A DNA stretch of 35,365 nucleotides from NCBI RefSeq assembly GCF_001194135.2, contig NC_069002.1:244994-280358 (forward strand), in the 5' to 3' direction. The notes under the pieces were generated by a model. The model was not told the DNA's origin. It saw only the letters and a program-made list of their open reading frames with translations, and did no database searches. Both the position numbers and the translations under genes were made by a program. This DNA is from Octopus bimaculoides (taxonomy: Eukaryota). This document shows positions 10,356 to 21,595 of this stretch, piece by piece. Position 1 is the first letter of the stretch. Every line of letters starts with the position of its first letter.

Positions 10356-13300
10356 TCACGTAAATAATGACAGCAGTCGGTCACAGTAGATGGTAGTTCG
10401 GTGCTTGTGTTTCACTTTATTTATTTCACTAACTAACATGGCTGGTTTTAAATGACCTGCTTTTTTCAACACATCTGAAAAAAAAACAATAAAAGTAACA
10501 AAATTGTAGACAGCATTATTAAATGATGTGTTTATGTGCAAACATACACATATATATAAAAATTAATGTAACCTATACAGTCATTTTTATGTGCTAGGCC
10601 ACCGATATAGTCATTTAATTCCTCTGCCAAAGAAATACAAATCTCAGAAGATGCTCAGATAAAGAAGTTTTGCCTTTTCAACCTCGTTCCATCTACTTTT
10701 CTATTTCTGCGCAGATCATAAACCCCTTATTTAGTTCTTTGCATTATTCTCTCTATTTCATTACCATGTCAACATGTAAATATAGTTTCAATAGTCTCGT
10801 TTTCTTCGTTGTTGCCTCAAGATAACCTTAAGTTCACGCATATCCTTTAATTGCCACATATTCATTTATTCAAGTTTATCACACAGTCACTTATTTGGAA
10901 GTGCTGCCCCAGCATGGCCACAGTCTAAAGACTGAAACAAGTACAAAAGACAGAAGATCATAAAGCAGTATGTTAATGACAAGAATGCACCAAAGAAAAT
11001 GGCCTTCAAGACTTGTGGAGGAAGAGAGAAAGTTACTTTCAAAGACTTCACATGAATGTCACCCTCAACAGGGTACTGTGTCAAAGGTTACCAAGGACCA
11101 GGGTAGGGGTGTTAAACCATGCAACAGAGAAAGTGTAGGGTATCACAGAATTTGATATGTTAACAATTCTGCCAATTCACTGCCAACCTCGAGGAGCTGC
11201 TATTTTATTGTACAGACCCAGGAGGAAAGGATGAAAAGCTGAGGGGGTCAGAGAACCAGAATGAGTGTCACAAGGCATCTTGGACTACAGAGTCTAATAA
11301 CTCTGCCAATTCAGCAACTGGTTTGAAATGGACACTGAAAAGACATTTCTATATGTGCCTTCCTCCTGTATTACCTTAATTATAAGTCTTATCTCTACCT
11401 TTTTCCCTTCTGTGTCCCTTTAAATAAAGGCTCTATCTTCCACACATCGGAATACTTCCCACCGTGGACTTTTGACCTTTTTACAAAACTCATGACAGAA
11501 TAAACTTACTTAATATGGCGTCCTGTATTGACTTCTCCGAGTCGTCAAGATGCAGCAGCAAGCCTTGGTACATCACTTCTAAATGGGCTTTATAGAGATC
11601 TGTGTCGTAGTCATCAGAGAAGGCATCAAAATAAGCCAGGAAGGTTGTGGCCACAACAACACGAATGTCGTCACAGGCATCATCTAGACGTTTCAGAAGA
11701 TGAGGGTAGATCTTGTGCAATGTGTCATAGTCAATCTGCTGACAGGCAGTCATGTTCTCCAACAGCCGTGTCAGCACTCGACAACTGATCAAACGTGTGC
11801 TTTTGTTATCATCCTCCATTGAAGACAGAATCTGGGGTAACAGCTCTGACGACACCAATATCAGCTGGAAACAAAGAACAGGGTTTTGAAGATTTAATTA
11901 GATTTTTATTCTTCTACGTATGTTGTTTAACCCTAAGTCAACCCTGATTGTACAGACCTGTAGTCAAAGACAACCCTACCATGACCATCTAAACCTCTTT
12001 TATTGTAGCCTAGTTAATCAATGGAATTTAGAGGCAAGAAGCAGGCATGTTACTCTGTGCAGTTCAACATAACTTCTAGGCCCATGGATGTCTTTAACAG
12101 ATTTCACTCGGTCACAAGCATTCAAACCAGATCACCAGAAGGTTAATGCAACTTCACAGAGCACCAACAACATCTACACTTCCCCAGTAGCCAAAACCTA
12201 AAACTAAACCCCCTGGACAATCCTTCTGCTTCTCAAACATCTATGGACCCCAAAGACCTCAGCTCTTCAGCCTTCTCTAAATCTGTCCAATCCGTTCAGA
12301 CAACACTCTTTCTTCAAACTTCACTCAGTAAGGTGGTCTCTACACATATGTCGATTCTACTCTCTCCTGCCAGTCACAACTCCCACCTGGATACGAGGAA
12401 CAAAGACTAGACGAGCAGTCATTCTGGCTCAATCTTCTTCCCCCCTCACCACCACTCCTTCAAATACAACTGCTCCCTTTATGATTCCTACACTCGTTCA
12501 TCTACTACCAACACTTCACACCATACTACCTCTTTCTGTACTAAAGAATGCCCTAACCCTCTCGTTCTCCTGCCCTCAGCAATTTCAGTGCTCATAACCC
12601 TTCTTGGCTTTCATTCTCATCCCTTTTTGACTGATGCTGCCAGATGCAGAAAATGAATCTTTTTGTAACCATCGTCAGCACTGACCCCTGGGACTAAACA
12701 ACAACAACACAAAAACAAATTAATGCATTCATATGTAACACAGTGACGAGAGAGAGAGAGACCCAAGGAATCGGAATTACCTCTTCATTTGACACAGCTT
12801 TGCTCTGCAGCAGAGCCCAGATTGCAGACGTGGCAGAAGTCCTAATCGCTGCGGCAATCCTCCCTGCTTTCCAGATAAGGTTTGGTACAATCATCTTCTG
12901 AACCATCTTGAGTGCATTACTACTGAATGGGTGAGGCACCTCTGTACTTGGTTTATGCTCAATGATCGCACAAGACAGCAGGGTCATCATCTTCAGTCGG
13001 AACTCTGCGTTTTTCTCAACATCTAAACACTCACTTAGAATTTCTGTTATATCGTCTATCAATAATGGCAATGCAGATTCTGTAAGAGAAACATTCTTTT
13101 ATTAGAAAATTTGTAGCATTTTCCCCTTTTCTCTGTTTTCCTAAATACATAATCTATTTCCACACATATAACAAAAACAAAAGAAAAAGTAAAATTAAAG
13201 AACTTACCATTAGCTTTCATTATAAGAGTCTCAAAGATATTCCTTTCAAATGACTGACTTGTCCATTCTTTGTGTGTCTCTTTCAGTTTGACCAGTAGTA

Positions 13301-16300
13301 GTGGACTATGTTCTTTAAAGAGTTGCTTTGAGGCACCAGGTAATTCTTGGACACCAGCTAACTCTTGGAGACAGTTCTGATACTAAAGGGTGACAAAATA
13401 AGAAACTGAAGTTTATTTAAAAAAAAAACATTCAACTTACAACAGTTTTAAATGATACGATCAAATTGTTACTTTAGTTTATTTCTGGTCACACAAAGTT
13501 TATCAAGGTGTGTTTTAATGAACACAGAAGTTGACTGAGCAGGATTTGAAAAGAAGAACATAAAGGCGTATAACTTTGCAAGCTGGCATGTCTTGGATGG
13601 TTTGACATGGAGCTGGCTAGCAGGCAGCTGCCCAGATTCCAACTGTTTGTTGTAGCAGGGTTTCTATGGCTGGATGAACCACTTAACAGATATATATATA
13701 TATATATGTATATACACACACACACACATTTATATATACCCATGTATACATTCATACAAAGAAGAATAACTTACTTGTTCGGTAAGCTGACTGTTTTCAG
13801 TTGAATTCAAAGACAAGATAGTAATAAGTACAGTAAACAACTGGAAGCTAACTGCTGAGCAATCTTCCTTGGCAACAGACAATATCGATTGGACACAGTG
13901 ATACAATTCCACCAATATATTCACCTGAAAGACAATATTCAAACAATAGCAATCACATTTGTTAGGTTAGTCCACATTACTCAGGTTGGAGCAGAGGGGT
14001 GGTTACCTGGTTTCCCAGTTTCTGTGGCTTATGTATATTCCTTCCTGGATGGGACGCCAGTCCCTTGCAGGGTTACTCATTTTTACCAGCTGAGTGGACT
14101 GGAGCAATGTGAAATGAAGTGTTTTGCTCAAGAACACAAACACATCACCTGGTCCAGAAATTGAAACCATAATCTTATGATCAAGCACTTTTCGAGTGTT
14201 GGGCCTCACAGAGGCAAAGACTGAGTCCTTTTGGAATTCTGCTGTGCTTGAGAGGAAGAACCCATCAAGCCAAGTAAAAATGAGTTGTGGCAGATACCAG
14301 TGTCATGCAAATGGCACCTGTGCCAGTGGCACATAAAAGCACCCATTACACTCTTGAAGTGATTGGTGTTAGGAAAGGCATCCAGCCATAGAAAACCCTG
14401 CCAAATCAGAACTGGGGTCTGGTGCAGCCTTCCAGCTTACCAGCCCTGGTCAAACCGTCCAACCCATACCAGCATGGACAACAGACGTTAAATGATGATG
14501 ATGTTGATGATATATATATGTATGTGTATACACACACACACACATTTATATGTATTTATCTCTGTGTGTGCATCTTTGTGTTTGTCTCAACCACTGCTTG
14601 ACAACTGGTGTTAGTTTGTTTACATCCCTGAACTAAACAGTTTGGCAAAAGAAACAATAAGTACTAAACTTAAAAAGTAATAAGTACTGAGCTCAATATA
14701 TTTGAATAAACCTTTCAAGGTGGTGCCACAGCATGGCCACAGTCCAATGATTAGAACAAGTAAAAGATAAAAACTATCTCTCAAACTTTCTAAATTCTTA
14801 GAATGTAAACAATTTTTTTGTTAGATTTACATCTGCAGTATTTTGTTTTTTTATCTCCACTTAGTAGGGTGGTGCATTCTTACACAGTATATAGTTTAAA
14901 TCCAACCTGCCCATCCCTCTTGACTGTCACATATTGGTGTTTATAATATCAAGAATTGTAACTGGCCAACAAAACAAAAAAAAAATTGAAAAAATACCTG
15001 TAAATGATAAGAGACATCTGGTAGAATCAATGTATTACAGATTGGTTCCAGGTGGCCGTGGAGTTCTCTGCGGTCACAGCCTTTGATGATTGCAGCGAGA
15101 ATCATCAATGAAGCTGCATCAGGGTTTTTGCAAATGTGATCCAAAAGAAGGTGACTCCAAGTTTCTATTTGGACAAAATAACCAACTAGTTTGGCAGATT
15201 TTAGCACCTGTGGAGAAGAAATTAAGTAAAAATTACAAAGTGGAAATAAAATGGAGTTCAATACCCAAATGGACAGTAGTTCTAATCTCACGATAGCCAT
15301 TGTGCTGCAAGGCAAAGCACAGTAAGCAGCTAAGAAATGAAATGACAATGTTACTTCCCAGTCAAGTGGTCAGTGGTAGGAGAAAGTAGCTGGGACACTG
15401 AGCAGTTAAACCACTGGATGAGAAGGTCTACATGGTTGCTTCACTTGCTAAAAATAGCAGCCAAATCTGCCTTATAACCTACACTGTCTTCTGAATAATG
15501 TAGTCTTATATAGGGCATGGCTGGAGCACCTTTGATAAGAAACCTGCTCTGGGAGTAAAATCAATAACAAAACCAACAAGGCAAGGAGAGTCAAACACAC
15601 ACACACACACACTTATTTTCTCAATATTCAATTTCTGTACATCACACCTAACACTCTATACATACAACTAGCTTCTTTAAGTTTTCATCTACCAAATCCA
15701 CTCACAAGGCTTTGGTTGGCCTGGGGCTATAGTAGAAGATATTAGCCCACGGTGCCATGCAGTGGGACTGAACCTGGAACCATGTGGTTGGGAAGCAAAC
15801 TTCATGACAACATAGCCATGCCTGCACCTATGAGCCATGTTAAAAAACACATTCTATCCTTACTAGGGAATTAAAGACCGCAAATTGAAAAAAAAGGTAA
15901 AAAAAAAATGCAAATCAAAAAGTGACTAACATTTGATACGACTTGTTTTTCTTCATCTTTGCAAGCTGTAACCATCCCAGACAAGAGAATCTGTAAGTGT
16001 TGTGTTATACTCCTCTCAGCATTCAACAGAAGTACACACAGCAAACTTGATGCTTGGATGCGAGTAGCTGGAACCCAGTCCTTCAGATCATTCATTAATC
16101 CAGGTAGTATCTTGGATAAGTGACGATTCACAAGAACACGACATCCCAAATTTGGTCTCTCAGCTAAAAGCAAAACAAAAATAAATAAAGAAAAAAGAGG
16201 AAATACGAAAAGAAAACTGAAGATTTTGGACAGAAATATTGTGTAATATTGCAAAAGAAAATAAATTTATCTCTGAATTATTTGAATATATTTTGTTAAC

Positions 16301-19300
16301 TCTTTAACATTCAGATTATTCTATCGAATGTAATGTTTATTTGATCAAATTGTTTTGAATTAATCCTGCATTGCATCATAGCTTTGAGATTTCAATGAGG
16401 TGATTGTTTATTTTTAGAATGACATTGTAGGGTAGGTGTGAGAGGCTGCATCTGGCTGGTTCCAACATAAAACAGTGTATAATGATTTAAGAGGAAAACT
16501 GGGTATAAGAAGCATCCGATGCTGTGTGCAAGAGGGAAGAAGGCTGTGCTGGTTTGATCACGTGATGCATATGGGAGAGGACAGCTGCATAAAAAAGTGC
16601 CAATCTCTAATCATTGAGGGAACTTGTGGAAGGAGTAGACCCAGGAAGATGTGGGACAAAGTGGTGAGTAAGGATCTTTAGACATTGGGCCTCACTGAGG
16701 GAATGACAAGGGACTGAGACTTCTGGCGATTTGCTGTGCCTGAGAAGACATATTTTGATATTCTCAATCACACTCTGTTTTATATAGACACAGCCCTTTT
16801 CTCAGATCAAAAAAAAAAAGATCAATTAACTTACTGTCAGGAGGGAAATGCTTTGGTTCTTCCTCTGGAAAGTCTAATTGGTCTTTTAAATCACTTTCAT
16901 TTTCTTTTTCATATTTTAAACCTATTGCAATACAAAGAATAAAGATCGATTAGGATCACTCCATGAACAACTTGATTTAATAAGAAATGGTGTACCTAAA
17001 TCACATTTTACTTGAATTAAAACACTTTAATTCCAGAAAAATAAGCACCAACAACAAAACTAACAATGTATTATGCTATGGTTTAGCTCCAACCCAAGCC
17101 TGATTGAGACAGTTCTTAACCAAAGACCTTCCAGAAGTGACCATCTGGATTAACAGAATTGTTAGAGCATCAGACAGGATGTTTTGTGGTATTTGGTTTG
17201 GATCTTTGCATTCTGAGTTCGTGTATGACATAACCCATTATTCAGGTCGATGCCACCACCTGGCAGGGGTACAGTGGGCAATTGCCCTGGGTCCCCACAA
17301 GTCTAGGACTCCAATGTTAATCTATGTATGCAGTGGCTTGGTGTTAAAAATGCTATCTATTCGAAGGCATTACTTTGTTTGGTGGCCAAAAACAAGGCTA
17401 AGGTGGCTCTGCCACCTGCGCCTTGAGTACCTTTAGCAGAGTTCACTCTTTTGCAAGCATTCAGGTTGGATTTCTAGTTTGATGATAACTTCCACCAGTC
17501 CTCCCACCAACTCCCCCAACATGTAACTGCCCATACATGCTACAAGGCGTTTTCTCTCCCAGCAACACACTTACCTATGTCATGCCAAAAAGCAATGGCT
17601 GATTCTTGTATTGATGGCTGGCTGTCATTGATACTTGTCAACAGCAACGGGATGAGTTTGTGATGGTAGGAATATCGATCTAGCAAGTATAGGAGCCAGT
17701 TGCCAACCACGTTTGTGACAGCAGCTCTGACGGCAGGGACCTGGTCAAAAAGACGTTGAGCCAAATGGGATCTGACATCATCAACACTTTTGCCATTACC
17801 ATTTTGGATAACATCACCTAGAGAAAGAATAATGATAATAATAATAATAATAATAATAGGCCTAAACTTCCAAGGGGAGAAGGGCCTTTTTGAGTCTGTT
17901 TAGACAAACCCTTCTAGAGATGGTGTCTCGATAAAAATACTGGTGGGTGTGACACCTTATCAACCCTTCCCATGGCATGAGAGTAATGGATAACAAAATA
18001 ACACAAACAATGGTACAAATGAGGATCAAACAACAGGTGACAGACTTTTGTCCAGCAGGAGCCCCGTGGGTGAGCAGCACCGGCCCAGTCATCGTTATAC
18101 ATTTGCCAGAACTAAATGAACCAAGATGATGATAATGTGCAGAAAGAGACCCTGTGAGATCTCTGACAGAAGGCTGCTGTCTGCTTTCACAGAATCTACC
18201 AGAACAAACAAGATTGAGCGTTCTGAGAAGTAAAGCGACGACGACGACGACGACAACTCAGCAGGAAGACACTCGGCAAGAAATGGAGGCAGAATTGAAT
18301 GATGATAATAATAGACAAAGAGAATAAAAAGTATAGAGAAAATAGCAAAGAACCAGGACGAAGCCATTGAGTTACAGAGACTATGAAAAGTGCGGGTAAA
18401 AGGTATCTCTGTAGTTATGGGGTCGACCCGTGTGACACTCGCAGATCCTTCCAGAGAGTGGTGGAGGAGAAAGAGAGAAAGCTTTTTTTAAAATCATTTA
18501 GACAATTCATCATGTTCCACCTTTGTTCATTGTCATGACAAATAATTCGGTGGCCTTCCAATGATATTTATTTGAGAGAGAGTGGCGGGGGGCGGAGGGT
18601 GCAGTTTAGGTAGAAAAGGTCGAATGGGTTTAAGTATGGGGTTTGAATGCAAAGCACAGAAGAGATGATACGGGAAGAGGACGAATGCACAGCGCTTGGA
18701 CAAGGGTAGGGATGGAACGAAGCACAGAAAACCAGGAGTGACGATAGTAAAGTCGAACACTCAAACACGCTGCAACCAGCAGCGTCTGTCGGTTGGTGAT
18801 TTGCCTAACAGGACGGTCCCCCTTTTTTAAACACCTTCCTTGTTTGCATATATACGGATATAACAGAAATAATAAAAACACTCGAATAACAGGCAGTATA
18901 AATATATTTGTATTAACCAATATAAAAGTCCACTTACCGATCGCTTCTAAGACACAGACACGCACCTTTGAATGTTGATGAGTAAGATTCTGTAAAAGAG
19001 GATTAATCAAAGACTCTGATTGCATATGGAAAACATCGGGAACAGTGTTTGCCAATAACGAAGCAGCCACACAACTATCTTTTTTGATTTGAGGATAATT
19101 ATCTATAATGGTTCTTTGTAAAATCTTTATAACGTCATTTAGGTAAACTCCGATCTTCTTTCCATTCAGTTCCATTGCTTTGATTAATAATCGAACGAGA
19201 ATCAAACGAACTTCTTCCGAATTCTCCATTATTTCTTGCTGTCCTAATCTCTGGACCAAAACAGGTATTAAGTAAGGTAAATATTCACACTGACCGGGCA

Positions 19301-19556
19301 CCATTGTTAACAATTCACTCATCAGTTCTATGGCTTGTTCGCGACAACTCTCGGCAGGATCGCTGAATTCTTTCAACAAAGGTTTAAGAAGTTCGTTAAA
19401 AATCCTTTGTAATTCTGAGCTTTCCAGATCATTCTTTCGTCTATTTATATCTTTACTGATGTCTTGCAGCGCTTTCCTGCGAGTTATCTTGTTACTTTCA
19501 TTCAAAAAGTTTATATTCCGTGCCAAGTTCGGAAAGCTCTCCTCCACAACCGCCAT
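10356..19556 (-). CDS. DNAAF5: Dynein axonemal assembly factor 5 (HEATR2); complement(join(19556..18938,17817..17575,16921..16835,16163..15931,15207..14998,13924..13775,13382..13208,13079..12781,11864..11510,10474..10356)), 829 aa
   Basis: Ten GT-AG exons with compatible phases sum to 2490 nt without an internal stop. HEAT-repeat sequence with recognisable DNAAF5 segments: [134 protein letters not shown]. Confidence 0.95.
13990..14215 (-). mobile_element. tRNA SINE with a CORE-like central domain
   Basis: Reverse strand contains TTCTTGAGCAAAACACTTCATTTCACATTGCTCCAGTCCACTCAGCTGGTAAAAATGAGT downstream of a B-box-like GGTTTCAATT.CTGG head. Confidence 0.55.
14265..14510 (+). mobile_element. RTE-tail repeat (family C) in the same sense as the RTE at 24245-24810; opposite-sense copies at ~9238-9450, ~13590-13690, ~20400-20520, ~26900-27060, ~28150-28260, ~29570-29790
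   Basis: Recurrent motif GGCATCCAGCC.TAGAAA...GTC.AACCCAT.CCAGCATGGA.AAC.GA.GTTAAATGATGATG, or its reverse complement CATCATCATTTAAcGTC.G.TTTCCATGCTGGCATGGGTTGGAC. Confidence 0.75.
14555..14780 (-). mobile_element. Abundant interspersed repeat (family E, SINE-like); other copies at ~8340-8420, ~10888-10970, ~21425-21520, ~34640-34760
   Basis: Shared motifs TCATTGGACTG.GGCCATGCTG.GGCACC.CCTTGAA and TTGTCAAG..ATGGT.GGG..ACAA.CACA.ACAC. Confidence 0.65.
16300..16474. mobile_element. Truncated copy of the same piggyBac-type MITE family, in opposite orientation
   Basis: TTAA + CTCTTTAACATTCAG end. Internal sequence is the reverse complement of motifs in 28623-28804 (e.g. GCTTTGAGATTTC vs GAAATCTCAAAGC). 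Cut off by the RTE fragment. Confidence 0.55.
16475..16745 (+). mobile_element. RTE-clade LINE fragment (ORF C-terminus)
   Basis: Track ORF 16475-16681 ([34 protein letters not shown]...[17 protein letters not shown]) follows the RTE C-terminal pattern RRLRWFGHVxRM...GxRxRGRPRKxW. Confidence 0.75.
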
Positions 19557-21595
19557 GATGTTTTTTTAATGTGTTGTTTAGTAGACTTTCTACCTCACTT
19601 TGCTAAAGAGTTTGTTGTCCTTAGATACGGGTTTTATTTTAAAATTTGTCTCTCTTAGCAGAGAATTATTAATAGTTTAGAATGATATTTCTTAAATAAC
19701 ATTTTCTAGTTCTCTTTCAACTCCACCGATAAATTATTATTGTGGTTAATTATCGTTATCGTTATTATTGTAAACTTTTAACTACTGAAAAATCATTTGT
19801 TGAAACCACGTCTTTCAGACTGACCTGTTCCAACATGAATTTTCGGTGGACAGAAATTAAAGTTACAGGAAAAAATGTCATGTTTTATTTAAATATCATA
19901 AACAATAAAGTAAAACATACTTATTATCTGACAATACGTGACTTGTACACAAAGGTAACACAATATTTAAGATGAAGAGTCGTTGAGGGTGGGAACAGCC
20001 ACTCCCTACCAGGCACGGGTGTAAATAAAGGATTGCAACATTTCGTTTGGCCTTTCCTGTCTGTTGATTAAGATAACAATTTCTTTGTCCCAAGGCAAGG
20101 GAAACCCTTGCTATGTCACTGTTTAATTTCCTTCAATATCTTAATTAAACTGGGTCAGCTATTCATAAAATTTTCCTGTGACTTATTTTATTGCAATTTT
20201 ATTTATTCATGAATTTGCTACATGTTTTCATTGTGAGCCAACAAGGAACCTTTTGATGTAGTTACTCAACATACTAGAGATAACAGCTAAATCTCTCAAA
20301 TTGCACCCTACAATCTTCAACAACAGAGAGTGTGGGACAAGCTGCATTCAGGTGCCACTCTCTTTGATCAATCTGATCAATTTTCAAGGTATCATCTACT
20401 TTCATCATCATCGTCGTCGTCGTTTAACGTCTGCTTTCCACGCTGGCATGGGTTGGACGGTTTGACTGAGGTTTGGCAAGCGGGGAGGCTTCACCAAGTT
20501 CCAATCTGATTTGGCATGGTTTGAGGTCAGTATGATCAATTAAATTTTTGAAGGTGATGCCCCATCATGGCGACAGTTGAAAGACTAAACCCAGTATGAT
20601 AATGTTTAAAGACTAAATAGCTTCAAACCTAAGGTAATGGATCACTAAGCACAAGATAATGAGTTCAAAACTTTGTTATGAACTTCCACTCTATACGATA
20701 ACATTATATGTACATCTCAGTCTAATTGACTTCCAATTGTAATTTGAAGGTGAAAGGTTGGAAGGAAGAAAGATGTCCAGATTTCTTTAAAAATTGTGCA
20801 AAATATTCTGAGAAAAGTTATCAACAAACAATACTTTGTATGAATGGTGAGACTTGTGCTTTACAACCAGCACATACACAGTGCTGGCATGTCTGTGTGG
20901 CAAGAAGTTTGTTTAAAAATATATTTATTTGTAACAGATATACTATTTTTAATCCTTTGTTATTTTCAGGTGCAAAAAAATTTCTATGTTTGAACAAAAT
21001 CTTTATTTAAAAAATATTTATAATACTATCGTTTTTTTCAATTATAAAGGTAAATATAATTATCATAACAATAGAAGTGTCGCTTGGAAAAAAGCAAACT
21101 AAAATTTAAAAAATGCAGGCACAAAATCTTAGAATATTGAACCTGGAAAAGTACAGAACAAGAAAAAAGAAAACCTTTTATTATTATTGCTAAATAGATT
21201 TATGAAATTGTTCATCAAAAAGCATTGTGCACTTTTTGTTTTTTTTTATATTTTTTGCTTTTTATGGCAGATTATTTTAATTTAATATTTTTATTTAAAA
21301 ATGTCTTTGTATTACATTAAATCATTTCTGTTTCCTTTCTTCTTGTACTTTTCCAGTTTTGATACATAAGCGTATTCTTGCAATCTGCTCTGCATTTTTT
21401 ATTCTAATATGTATGTATATATAACCTTTCTCTTTTATTTTTTACTTGTTTCAGCAACCAGACTGCAACCATTGTGAGATTGTCAAGTGATGGTAGGGGA
21501 CAAACACACACACACACACACATGTGTGACATTAGTTCCTTTAAGTCAACATGCTATGATGAGTGACAGAGTATTTGGATAGACTTTCCCTGATG

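Noticed and set aside
12030-12650. C/A-skewed intronic stretch with a long open frame
   Set aside because: No recognisable motif; most likely an old LINE remnant, but I cannot assign it.
13489-13755. 88-aa minus-strand ORF inside DNAAF5
   Set aside because: Microsatellite plus repeat; the real exons (13924-13775, 13382-13208) join in frame without it.
20726-21010. 94-aa Cys-containing plus-strand ORF between DARS2 and DNAAF5
   Set aside because: TTG start, no recognisable family, no splice context.
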